A model generated the notes under the pieces. That model saw nothing but the letters and a program-made list of their open reading frames with translations. It made no database searches and was not told the DNA's origin. 64,000 nt of DNA from NCBI GenBank assembly GCA_963665815.1, contig OY762463.1, positions 2,976,001-3,040,000 on the forward strand. Reading direction: 5' to 3'. This stretch comes from Candidatus Cloacimonadales bacterium. GTDB lineage: Bacteria; Cloacimonadota; Cloacimonadia; Cloacimonadales; JAIOQZ01. This document shows positions 50,306 through 60,021 of this stretch, one piece after another. Numbering within the stretch: the stretch's first letter is position 1; each line of letters begins with the position of its first letter. The translations under genes and the position numbers were made by a program.

Positions 50306-50842
50306 TTACTTCTGTCTGACATACAAAAGTTTTTCTGTATTGTAGCCTCTTACTTGTATTTTATGTAGGATGTCTTTTAATGTGTTCTCGGATAGCTCAG
50401 GCGTTCTGGAAAGAATCCAGAGATAATTATCTGAACTGCTGCCTACAACTGCCCATTGATAATCATTGCCCAGTTCCAATATAAGATAATCAGCATAGAA
50501 GAATGCAAAAAAAGACACTTTCAAGTGTGACGGTTTTGCTTTATCTGGTACTTTAGCTTTACCAACAGCAATTTTCTTATCACCCGAGTTAACATTATAG
50601 CCGGAGTTAACTACTTTAATTTTTCCATCATCTCTAAGAGAATATTCTGCTGTAACTTTTTCCAGACCTTTTTCAAATTTGTTTTCATAACGGGCAATTT
50701 CATACCATTTTCCAAGGTATTTTTCAAGTGTAAGGTTGCTTACAACGGTTTTATCAATATCAGATTTGCTTTTTCTACAACCTGTAAAACTAAACAAAAC
50801 GATGATCACAATAGATAAGGTTATTTTATTGGAATTCTTCAT
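50306..50842 (-). CDS. blc: Lipocalin family lipoprotein (Blc-like)
   Basis: Lipobox FTGC; YLGKWYEIAR, LKVSFF and YLWILSRTP motifs. Confidence 0.92.
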   Translation of the reverse strand: MKNSNKITLSIVIIVLFSFTGCRKSKSDIDKTVVSNLTLEKYLGKWYEIARYENKFEKGLEKVTAEYSLRDDGKIKVVNSGYNVNSGDKKIAVGKAKVPDKAKPSHLKVSFFAFFYADYLILELGNDYQWAVVGSSSDNYLWILSRTPELSENTLKDILHKIQVRGYNTEKLLYVRQK

Positions 50843-50859
50843 ATTTTTTTACCTCCTAT

Positions 50860-51804
50860 TTATTTACTTGAATCAAAGCGGTTAACCAGTTCTGTTGGGA
50901 AGGGTTCAAAGAAAGTCTGAATCAGCAAGTATTCCTGATTAAACCTCAAGCTCCAGGATTTCAGTAGAGAAGTTAACGCAGATAAAGGAAGCATGTCTTT
51001 CTTGTACAAATCAGTTTGAGACAGAAAGTGCGATTTCTCTTTTGTTGTAAGATACTTTGAGAAATAACCAAAAATATGTTGCAGGACATTGATAATGGAG
51101 CCTGTTCTTGGCTTTTTCCGCATGATAGCATGCAAAACATGTTTATAATCGTTAAATACCTGTAGGATAGGTTTCTTATTATGGTTAGCAACGATTTTAC
51201 CTGCTGACTTCAGTTGTGTCTGATTATATCCCATGAACAGGTATTTGTTTGCAGAATGGAACTGTACCAGGCTTTTCATATCAGTTGATAGATTATCGAA
51301 AGCTGCAAGAGTGAACAGCTTTGTGAGAAAGTGTTCTCTGATTTGAAGATTTGTTAATCTTCCTTCATCTTCTACAGCCAGATGTGGAAATCTATCCAGA
51401 ACAGCTTCACCGAATATCCCTTTCGATTTACGGCTGATGGCAACAGCTTTTCCTGTCTTATTGTATAGTTTGACTTCTCTTGCACCGCATGAGGGAGATC
51501 GGCTTTTGAGTATAAATCCGTGTACATTTACTAAACCGGATAAGAACTCTTCAGAATATTCTGTTAACTGTTTTGTAAAATCGTCTCCGTTTTTTGAGTC
51601 GACTAATTTTGTCCCAGAATCGGTCTTAATTAATCTTAATGCATTTCTTGGGGCAGGAAGACCAATTTCCATTTCCGGGCACACGGGAATAAAATCAACA
51701 AAGTCCTTCAGCATTTTTACAATTCTGCTGGTAATCATTGATCCGTCATATCTACAGGATTCAAATTCTATACATTTACTTATCACAATCTTTGGTTTAA
51801 TCAT
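50860..51804 (-). CDS. DUF523 (2-thiouracil desulfurase-like) + DUF1722 protein, YbgA family
   Basis: ISKC...CRYDG, PVCPE..IGL..PR, LKSRSPSCG, EDEGRL, FHSANKY and NVLQHIFGYF motifs. Confidence 0.92.
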   Translation of the reverse strand: MIKPKIVISKCIEFESCRYDGSMITSRIVKMLKDFVDFIPVCPEMEIGLPAPRNALRLIKTDSGTKLVDSKNGDDFTKQLTEYSEEFLSGLVNVHGFILKSRSPSCGAREVKLYNKTGKAVAISRKSKGIFGEAVLDRFPHLAVEDEGRLTNLQIREHFLTKLFTLAAFDNLSTDMKSLVQFHSANKYLFMGYNQTQLKSAGKIVANHNKKPILQVFNDYKHVLHAIMRKKPRTGSIINVLQHIFGYFSKYLTTKEKSHFLSQTDLYKKDMLPLSALTSLLKSWSLRFNQEYLLIQTFFEPFPTELVNRFDSSK

Positions 51805-51943
51805 TATTCTGCCTTTATTCTCTTCTTCTAGTAAAGAATATACTCGGATAGAGTGATTGTGAAAACAAAAAAAAGCCTGTGCTTCATCTGAACAAAATTT
51901 GATGATGAAACATGACTTACGTTCGTCGCAGGATGCTACGTTT

Positions 51944-52183
51944 GTAGGGAACAATAATCATTGTTCCGGATTTTAAACCCTCTGATTCAACACAGTTGAA
52001 TCTTTCTTCCGTAGATGTTTTCGAAGAAATACATCCAGAATTAGCGTAGATGTTTTCGAAGAAACACATCCAGAGAAAGATTAGGGAGAACTTAGTCGTA
52101 CGAGCCGTGCAGTACTGTAATACGCGTAGAGGCAAACGGCCGTTTGTCTCAGGACAAGACGTTGCATGCAACGCCTCTACAGA
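51944..52183. repeat. Mosaic cluster of GTAG-type REP palindromes
   Basis: GTAGGGAACAAT..ATTGTTCC (51944); two copies of GTAGATGTTTTCGAAGAAAYACATCCAG (52011, 52046); GTAGAGGCAAACGGCCGTTTGTCTC (52126); AGACGTTGCATGCAACGCCTCTAC (52157). Confidence 0.85.
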
Positions 52184-52410
52184 GTCTCGAATCATGATTT
52201 ATCGAATTAAAGGATTTCAGGGATGACTTACAGTTTTAGATGAAATTTACTTGCTTCATCAACTACCCCGATTTTGAAAAAGTATTTTTTATTTAGTATA
52301 AAAGAAAATGAAGGAATAATACTTATATTTTATATTGATATGCACAATGACAAGTTTATCTTCTGCGTGATAAACATTAGTATTGCTACAAGCTGAGAAT
52401 TCTATTCTTC

Positions 52411-53547
52411 TCAATCCCCTTCAATTGCTATAGATTCAAAATGAACTCCAAAATCGAATTGTATTTCATTGGAGCTATTTAAAATAAGTGGAGTTATTCC
52501 TACATTATCACAATGAAAAGAGTCACTTTCTGCACTATTGTAAATAGCGCCAAAAATCATAGGTAAGTTTGATTGTTGAGCAACCAAAGTAACTTTTAAG
52601 CTTGGCTTGTAAGCTGGAGCTATTGGCTCAAAACCCTGTGCTCCGGTATCAACATTGTTATAGTTGCCACTCACATCTATTGATAAAGAATCGCAGTAAT
52701 AACCGGGAAAATGATTTCCACTTGTCGGTGTCCAGATTATCGGAAAATACGAATTGTCAGCTTCAATATAAACGCTGTCCATATCTCCGGTATCTCCAAA
52801 GAAAGGGTAATCCAGCAAAGGAACATTCATCAGGTAATTACTGGCAATTTTGCATAAATTAAGATCACCGGTTGCTGATGTCAGGGAATCATCTAAAGTT
52901 ATTGAATAATTCCCGAGTCCAGTTACTTTTTTTTGTTCATGATTATAAGTGAAAACATACTCCGAACTCCAGTCACCATAAGTTAAATTATTTGCATAAG
53001 AAATATTTCCCGAAGCTTCAATTCTTATTCCGGATGAATCTGCAAAAATTGATTCTATTATTGAATGTCTTAAATCTGCTCCGGGAAGAAATGGTTGTGC
53101 ATACCAGGAAGACCCCCAACCATTCTCATCATTACCGGGATGAGGACGAATGTTAAATGTTCCATTTTCATCAATAATGGTTAAAAAATGGTGCTGATAA
53201 TGAAAGAGTTTGTACTCAACACAGGATTGCATCGTATCTGTTCTTGTCCAATATATATCTGAAGCAGTAACATAAAAGAATTGCTTTTCATTTGAAACCG
53301 GAGCATACCAGTAAATATTTTCATTTGTTTCCTGAAATTCCCCTGATACTGTCACTTCTTCGTAACCAAATCCTGAGTTTTCTGATGAGTAAACTTTATA
53401 ATGCTTATTATATTCTTTTTCCCAGCTTAATTCTATGAGGTTATCTGAGATGTTAATATCAAAACTTACTGGCGGATTTACACAGAACATAATGGAACTA
53501 TATAGTGAGAAAAGTGAGAAAAATAATATTACGGTGCATTTTACCAT
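52411..53547 (-). CDS. Hypothetical secreted protein
   Basis: ATG 53547 after GGAGG; hydrophobic N-terminus; short FN3-like segment (LSWEK...YKVYSS...FFYVTA). Confidence 0.75.
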   Translation of the reverse strand: MVKCTVILFFSLFSLYSSIMFCVNPPVSFDINISDNLIELSWEKEYNKHYKVYSSENSGFGYEEVTVSGEFQETNENIYWYAPVSNEKQFFYVTASDIYWTRTDTMQSCVEYKLFHYQHHFLTIIDENGTFNIRPHPGNDENGWGSSWYAQPFLPGADLRHSIIESIFADSSGIRIEASGNISYANNLTYGDWSSEYVFTYNHEQKKVTGLGNYSITLDDSLTSATGDLNLCKIASNYLMNVPLLDYPFFGDTGDMDSVYIEADNSYFPIIWTPTSGNHFPGYYCDSLSIDVSGNYNNVDTGAQGFEPIAPAYKPSLKVTLVAQQSNLPMIFGAIYNSAESDSFHCDNVGITPLILNSSNEIQFDFGVHFESIAIEGD

Positions 53548-53713
53548 TTTAGTTTTATCCTCCTGAAGTTTAATGACTAAATTTGAGTTTTTCAAATACA
53601 AGAAACTGTAGCTGATGAAAACTGTAAATATTTTTTTAGTATCACTCCGAACCTGTGTTAAAATGAGTCACAAGCTAATGTATCTCTACTCAGGTTTCAA
53701 AACTCTCAGGTTC

Positions 53714-54169
53714 GCACCTTACGGAGCTCATACCCTTATTGGGATCCGGTTCTACAAACAGTACGCTCCTAAAGGAGCTGACAAGAAACTCCGTAGGAGT
53801 GCCCCGTCAACATTGATAAACACAGGGAACAATAATCATTGATCCGGATTTTAAACCCTCTGTCTCCATTCTGTCGACATCTCCCTGATGGGAGAACATC
53901 CTTGGTGCAGAGCTTTTCCTTTATTGACAGTCCTAAACAAATATGTGCTCCCTCAACAGGGAGCTGGTTCCGATTATTTAATCGGAAGCTGAGGGTAAAA
54001 ATTCCTCGTGATATTTACTGCCTGGGGATAAACTTGAGCAGTTCTACTTAACCGCGTAGAGGCAACCCGATGGTTGTCTCAGTCCTTGCAGGCAGGATGC
54101 CTGCGTACCACATACGCTGAGACACAAGATGTTGTGTCTCTAAAATTACGGTTCAGTCAATGCACTCCA
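53714..54169. repeat. Mosaic REP-like palindrome cluster downstream of tRNA-Thr
   Basis: GCTCC...GGAGC-type hairpins (53714, 53765, 53789, 53881, 53947); copy of the 51946 unit (53824); GTAGAGGCAA unit (54056); GCAGGCAGGATGCCTGC; GAGACACAAGATGTTGTGTCTC. Confidence 0.8.
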
Positions 54170-54172
54170 TGT

Positions 54173-54203
54173 AAAAAGCGAACCGCATTTCTGCGATTCG
54201 CTT
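54173..54203 (-). terminator. Intrinsic terminator after tRNA-Thr
   Basis: AAGCGAACCGCA-TTTC-TGCGATTCGCTT with a T-tract on the minus strand. Confidence 0.8.
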
Positions 54204-54214
54204 CAAATTTATTC

Positions 54215-54290
<76 letters not shown>

Positions 54291-54294
54291 CTGG

Positions 54295-57200
54295 TTACTT
54301 AAGAAGTATAGCTTTTTTCACATCTGTGAAATCAGCAGTTTTGATTTTGTAGAAGTATACACCTGATCCAACAGATCTGTTTTGATCGTTCTTACCATAC
54401 CAGGTAACATGATGATTTCCTGCATCCATTGATTCTTTAACAAGTGTTTTCACTTTTTCACCTTTCACATTGTATACAACAATTTCTACCTGTGATTTTT
54501 CAGGAAGTGAGAAAGCAATGTTTGTTTCAGGGTTGAATGGATTTGGATAGTTTTGCTGTAATTGAGCAAACTTAGGAATATCATTATCTCCGTTTCCATT
54601 TAACGGATCATAGTTAACTGTAAGGATATCTGTAGGAAGACTGAGTCCCATATCGTATTCTGCAACAACATAGTATTCATATAAAGTATTGAATTCGATA
54701 TTTTCTGACCAGGTCTCGCTCACGAGAGTAGAGTCAACAAGTTCAAACTGACCACTGAGGTATTTTCTGTATAATCTGTAGTACAGGAATGAAACTCTAT
54801 CAACTTCCGGAGCAATATCCCAGGTAAGAGTAAGGTTATGATCCTGAACAGTTCTCTGAAGGTTAATTGCAGGTCTCAGATATGTGAGTGCAAAGTTTGT
54901 GGATATAAGGTCTGATCCACTGGTAACAGCAATATTATTTACACCATCAGTTGAGAATCCCGGAAGAGTAGCAGCGATGTTGTATGTTCCCGGAGCTACG
55001 AATAATTCGTATGAACCGTCTGATTCAGCGTTTGCTGAGAAATCTCCTACAGAGATAACTACATCATCCATATCATTATCAGGATTCTGAGGATCTCCAT
55101 TGAGAGCAATCTGCCCACTGATTCTTCCACTGCTGAGAACAGCACCGGTAACGTTTACGTCATCAATAAACCAACCGCTTGCAGTTCCTGCACCATCAGC
55201 ACCAAAGTGCCATCTGATTTTAACGATGTTTCCTTCGAATGAGGAAAGGTCAATAACAACTTCCTGCCAACCGTTTGAGTTGCCATGGAAACATGGCTCT
55301 TCAGGTATACCTGCATTAGATGCATAGGTTGAACCGTCATAACCGCCAACCGGAGTCAGAAGCTGCCAAGGTCCGTTGTTAACAGAAATTTTTACGTTAC
55401 CACCATCGTATGGGGCAGAGATATTGTAATTCTGCCAGAATGAAAGCTGACTGTTAAGACCTACAAAGAAGTCCGGAGTATCAAGTGTGGAGTTGGAGTT
55501 ATTACTGTAATTCCAGTTAAGTCCTGTTCCGTAAAGGAAAGCTCCTGAGTGAGCGGTTACGTTAGCAGCACCGTAGTACCAGTCTCCTGCTCTTGTAAAT
55601 CCGCCATTTCCACTTTCAAAGTCTTCTGAAAGTCCTGCAGCACCGATACTGATAATGAATTGAGAAACAACGTCATCACCACCATCAACAGAATATGTTA
55701 AGGTGAAACCTGCTGATGTACCTGCTTGTGCACTGTTTGCAACAGTTAAATTGAAGGCACGCTGCATAATCATTTCAGGTCCGATAGCAGTAATTGTCTG
55801 CTGTGGATTAGTTATATTGATATCTGTGTTAGATGATGTAAGGGTAGCTGTCACGTTTCTTGCTTCGGAAAGTGAAGCGTTTTCAAAGTTGATAATGATA
55901 TCAGCATTTTCCCCCGGATCAATCTTACCGTCGTTGTTTCCTGCCAGATCGTTAATCATGAAAGAGCTCATACTAACGTCAGCTTTGTGAACGATTATTG
56001 AAATACTGAATGTCCAGTCTCTTGTTGAAGTGCTGACAACAACATCGAATGGTATTACCATTTCGTCCGGACAATCAGGGGAAACTGTGATTTCAAGTGG
56101 GTCAACATTATAGCCGTTACTGAAGGATGCTATATCTTCGTAGTCTGAAGCAGCCTGATTAATAGTCACATACTGGCTGACTGAACTCAAAGTTACGTCA
56201 ACATCAAAGGCTTCTGTGAGACCTGAGTTAACAAGCTCAATACCTATTTCAGCAGATTCTCCTGCATCAACATGACCTGTTCTGTTAGCATCGTGAACAT
56301 TGATTTCACCGATTGAAAGGTTTGCATCCTGATGAAGAATTGGTTTACCGGTAACGAATATAGCTGACTGGTTAGAAATAGGAGCAGCAGATGCCGGATA
56401 TTGGTTACTGTATGTATACTGAAGTCCCATTGTTTCTGTATGATCTTCAAAACCTACTGTACAATAGTTACCTGCCTGGTCACCGTATGCCATGAATGTT
56501 CCATCAACATTATTAAATACTTTCCATTGAATTTTGAATTCACCATTACCGGTTGTTGTGTTGTAATAGTTTGGATCGTAAAGAATAACCTGGAATGTTT
56601 CTTCGGCACTGTTGTATCTGCTTTCGCATTGTGACCATTCTACAATATATATATGATTTGCCTGATCGTAATAGTAGTATACTCCACCATTTCCAATATT
56701 CATATCATCCCAGAATGCAGCAATCATAGGAGATGGACCACCTGCATCCGGTACAGGATAATTTCTGAATGTAGATTGTTGAGTTTCGTATCCTCCAAAT
56801 GTTATGAAACCTCTTGAGCTGATACCTATTCTGTCATAAGCTTCACCATAGAATGTGAAATCAAATGGAAGATCAAAGAAGCTGATATACTCACTACCTT
56901 CATTGTTTGGATAGTGGTTGTCACTTGGAACATCCGCCATACCGGTGTTTGTTCCTGGTAAAGCACCTGCCTGAGATGGATTAATTTCAATCCAGTTATA
57001 AGTTGGTGACTGTTGATAAGCTACATCTGTTTCGTCGAATATTACATATCCGCCTGCATCCGGTCCTGTTGGATCTGTTTGAGAGATATTGTGTCCAATA
57101 GGAATAACAAATGTTTCTATTTGTTCAAAGTCATTGTTGAAGAATCTTGCTCTTACTTCTACCTGCATTCCTGGAAGAAGATCCGGAAGTGCTCTGATTG

Positions 57201-59778
57201 AGAATGGATTAGCGTTGTTGTTAGCTGTAGAACCAACCGTAATGGTTGTTCCAAAATCACCATTAGCATCTTCAACTGAAAGAAGACCGTTGTATGAATA
57301 TATCTCCGCTTGAAGATTACTTATGTCATAAGTTCCCTGATTATCAAGGTTAAGTATAAGATCTGCAGTTTGACCCGGATCAATATATGTTTGAGTTCCG
57401 TTGATACTGATACTTGTAATATCAACATGACCTGCAATAATGTCAAAAGTAAAGAATGAAGTCCAGGTATCTGTTCCATCTGTAACGTTCAGGAAGCAGT
57501 TAACGGTTTCATTATGAGGAGCATTATCAGCAACTGTAAATGTGAAATCTGTTTGTGAACCTGCAGTTTGTCCTGCATTAATATCAGGATAAGTGGCAGA
57601 ACCTTGATTTATTGTTACATATTGATTGTTTGTTGTAAGTGTGGCTGACAAGTTTGATTTATCATTTGATGAAGTATTTTCTACAACAACGTTGATTCCA
57701 ACCTGTTCACCCGGATTCACAACTGCATCATTATTACCGGAAACATCGTTTACAGTCATTCCGTTATAGGTAATCATATCACTGTTTGTGATTCCGAATG
57801 TGCTGATAATCGGATCATAATCAGGTTTTGTTATAACAATATTAACTGTTCCTGTTGAAGAGTTTTCGATTGGTACAACAGCTTGTCCGGCATTGTCAGT
57901 ATAAACATTTGCAGAGATTCCAAGTGAAGGTTCTGTAATAGAAACCCACGCACCTTCAACAGGGGCATTGTTTTCATCAAGAACGTTAACGTTTATGTAG
58001 TTTTGATTAACAGGTATTGAAGTAGCAAAGTTAGCTGACATTTCGATTGGGGCAGCTCTCCATACATCCATGGAAGGGTCACCTATAAGGTTGTTCCATT
58101 CTGTGAAATCCTGAATATAACTGGATGCACCTGAAACGTTTACGAAATGTCTGTAAAGCAAGAGTTTTCCGCGCATAATTGCTTCACCCATTGTGTGCAT
58201 GTTATCTTGATAAAGACCGTGCATAGTACCCATGGAAAGAGTATTATTCAATTGAGTGTGAGTACCGGATGTTGCCATACCGATGGCACATACTGCACCC
58301 TTTGGAGAACTTGGAGTACCTTTACGTACAACAAGCTCTGTTCTTGCTTCACTGTATGTGCTGGTGATTGTACCTGTATCACAAGTGTTGATCACAGCAT
58401 TAAAAGGCATGTTAGTGTTATTGAGTCCATTGATATCTGATGAATCCCAGCCACTCATTCCAATGTAACCTCTGTAGAAGAAGAATAATACACCTGAATC
58501 AAGCGTAGAGTTTACTGTGTTCGCACTTGGATTGCCATCGTACAGTTCAGTAAAAGTATGGCCCATATCATAATCAAGGATACGTTCTTTTGCATAACGG
58601 CAGGAAAGTACACATGATAATCCTGAAGGTGATGTGTCTCCAACAAGTAATGAGTGATCATAAGGATTCACACTTCTGTTTGTGTGTGCTTCATAAAGGT
58701 CAATTTTACTTGCAATAGTTGTAAACTCAGTAACATTATCAATTGAGATTCTACCGATAAAAATTTCCGGTAAAATATCATTTCCATCTAAAGTTGAATA
58801 ATCATGGTCACCCTGCCCAAAAGCTCCAATTGAAATTGAACCTTCGGCATCACCTACAATCATAAAATATTCAGGTGGATTCTGAGCAGTATTGTAAAGT
58901 CCCTGTACATAGCTTTTGATGCTTGTGTTTGTTGATCCAACTCCTGTATCAGAAGTACTTGCAACAGTAACATCGAATCCTTTCATTCTTTTCCATTCAG
59001 CAAGGAAATCAACTTCTATTCCGAGAGCTGTGTTTTGTGGGTAAACAATCAATAATGATCTGTTCTGATATACAGCATTTGGTCTCTCAAGAGTAAGAAA
59101 CTCCTGATAGTTAACCATTGCAGCATTGTAAAGGTTCTGGAAACTTCTTGATAAGGGTTTTTCTTCAGTGATTTCATTAATACCTGAAATCATTTCATTT
59201 GTAATTACTCTTAAAGTAACACGGTTTACAACCTTCAGTTCGTGAGTTTCTGGAGATACAACAAATGGTGATACTGAGAATGTAACCATTCTGAAATCTC
59301 TGAGTATTCCCGGTTCACTAAGAACATATTTAGGCTGAAGTTTTGTTTCTCCGGCGTTTCCTGTAGAATAATACTGAGAATTATACTGGAATGGTCTTTG
59401 TGAACCATCAAGTGTAATTCCTTGTGATGGATATATATTCATATACTGGTCATCAGTAAGTGTTTCAGATACTATCTCAAAGTTAACATTTCCCTGATTA
59501 GGCACAGCAAGTGATACTGAGAATACCGGTAATTCCGGATATCCAGCTTCAATGGTGTATCCTGCTTCAGGATGTGTGATTTTTGTAAACTCGATACCAT
59601 TTTCAGTGATTTTCTCTGTTTCATAATCATCGAGTTCAAATGTAATCTCGGTATAATGATGAGTTACATCATTTACTGTAAATAACGAGTAGTCGCAAGA
59701 TGGAGTTGAATTTTCCAAAGCATTCAACATAACAAAAGAAACTAACGTTATCAGTATGAAAGTGCAGACTTTTTTCAT
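54295..59778 (-). CDS. Peptidase C25 (gingipain-like) polyprotein: propeptide, C25 domain, Ig repeats, MAM/InhA-like domain, FN3, T9SS-type CTD
   Basis: GYPELPV propeptide; EWKRMKGF, MIVGD, DHDYSTLDGND.LPEIFIGRIS, NLIGDPS; C-terminal NYPNPFNPET...KAILLK. ATG 59778 after AAGGAG. Confidence 0.9.
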   Translation of the reverse strand: MKKVCTFILITLVSFVMLNALENSTPSCDYSLFTVNDVTHHYTEITFELDDYETEKITENGIEFTKITHPEAGYTIEAGYPELPVFSVSLAVPNQGNVNFEIVSETLTDDQYMNIYPSQGITLDGSQRPFQYNSQYYSTGNAGETKLQPKYVLSEPGILRDFRMVTFSVSPFVVSPETHELKVVNRVTLRVITNEMISGINEITEEKPLSRSFQNLYNAAMVNYQEFLTLERPNAVYQNRSLLIVYPQNTALGIEVDFLAEWKRMKGFDVTVASTSDTGVGSTNTSIKSYVQGLYNTAQNPPEYFMIVGDAEGSISIGAFGQGDHDYSTLDGNDILPEIFIGRISIDNVTEFTTIASKIDLYEAHTNRSVNPYDHSLLVGDTSPSGLSCVLSCRYAKERILDYDMGHTFTELYDGNPSANTVNSTLDSGVLFFFYRGYIGMSGWDSSDINGLNNTNMPFNAVINTCDTGTITSTYSEARTELVVRKGTPSSPKGAVCAIGMATSGTHTQLNNTLSMGTMHGLYQDNMHTMGEAIMRGKLLLYRHFVNVSGASSYIQDFTEWNNLIGDPSMDVWRAAPIEMSANFATSIPVNQNYINVNVLDENNAPVEGAWVSITEPSLGISANVYTDNAGQAVVPIENSSTGTVNIVITKPDYDPIISTFGITNSDMITYNGMTVNDVSGNNDAVVNPGEQVGINVVVENTSSNDKSNLSATLTTNNQYVTINQGSATYPDINAGQTAGSQTDFTFTVADNAPHNETVNCFLNVTDGTDTWTSFFTFDIIAGHVDITSISINGTQTYIDPGQTADLILNLDNQGTYDISNLQAEIYSYNGLLSVEDANGDFGTTITVGSTANNNANPFSIRALPDLLPGMQVEVRARFFNNDFEQIETFVIPIGHNISQTDPTGPDAGGYVIFDETDVAYQQSPTYNWIEINPSQAGALPGTNTGMADVPSDNHYPNNEGSEYISFFDLPFDFTFYGEAYDRIGISSRGFITFGGYETQQSTFRNYPVPDAGGPSPMIAAFWDDMNIGNGGVYYYYDQANHIYIVEWSQCESRYNSAEETFQVILYDPNYYNTTTGNGEFKIQWKVFNNVDGTFMAYGDQAGNYCTVGFEDHTETMGLQYTYSNQYPASAAPISNQSAIFVTGKPILHQDANLSIGEINVHDANRTGHVDAGESAEIGIELVNSGLTEAFDVDVTLSSVSQYVTINQAASDYEDIASFSNGYNVDPLEITVSPDCPDEMVIPFDVVVSTSTRDWTFSISIIVHKADVSMSSFMINDLAGNNDGKIDPGENADIIINFENASLSEARNVTATLTSSNTDINITNPQQTITAIGPEMIMQRAFNLTVANSAQAGTSAGFTLTYSVDGGDDVVSQFIISIGAAGLSEDFESGNGGFTRAGDWYYGAANVTAHSGAFLYGTGLNWNYSNNSNSTLDTPDFFVGLNSQLSFWQNYNISAPYDGGNVKISVNNGPWQLLTPVGGYDGSTYASNAGIPEEPCFHGNSNGWQEVVIDLSSFEGNIVKIRWHFGADGAGTASGWFIDDVNVTGAVLSSGRISGQIALNGDPQNPDNDMDDVVISVGDFSANAESDGSYELFVAPGTYNIAATLPGFSTDGVNNIAVTSGSDLISTNFALTYLRPAINLQRTVQDHNLTLTWDIAPEVDRVSFLYYRLYRKYLSGQFELVDSTLVSETWSENIEFNTLYEYYVVAEYDMGLSLPTDILTVNYDPLNGNGDNDIPKFAQLQQNYPNPFNPETNIAFSLPEKSQVEIVVYNVKGEKVKTLVKESMDAGNHHVTWYGKNDQNRSVGSGVYFYKIKTADFTDVKKAILLK

Positions 59779-59963
59779 ACATTTCTCCTTACGTAGATTT
59801 TGTAGATTTATTAATAGTGTTAATAATTTCACCTATTAATGATGCACAAATAAAATATGCAAATAATATTCCAATACCTGTTATGTCCACTTATTTTTTT
59901 TTGAAAGTATTGCTTATTTTGTTATCTGATCGTCTCTTTTGAGGTTGATTTGAAGTAGATGTC

Positions 59964-60003
59964 AAAAAAAACAGCAGTCGCTTATCTAAAAACAACTGCT
60001 GCT
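59964..60003 (-). terminator. Probable intrinsic terminator of the efflux operon
   Basis: CAGCAGT...ACTGCTG stem with a T8 tract on the minus strand. Confidence 0.6.
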
Positions 60004-60021
60004 AAATAAGATATGGATTTA

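Noticed and set aside
52011-52073. Possible mini-CRISPR (two 28-bp repeats)
   Set aside because: Only 7 nt separate the copies and a third copy is isolated at 18461; this fits REP elements.
51917-52195. 92-aa ORF (also 53615..53842 and 53839..54051)
   Set aside because: Translations of REP palindromes; no RBS or protein-like features.
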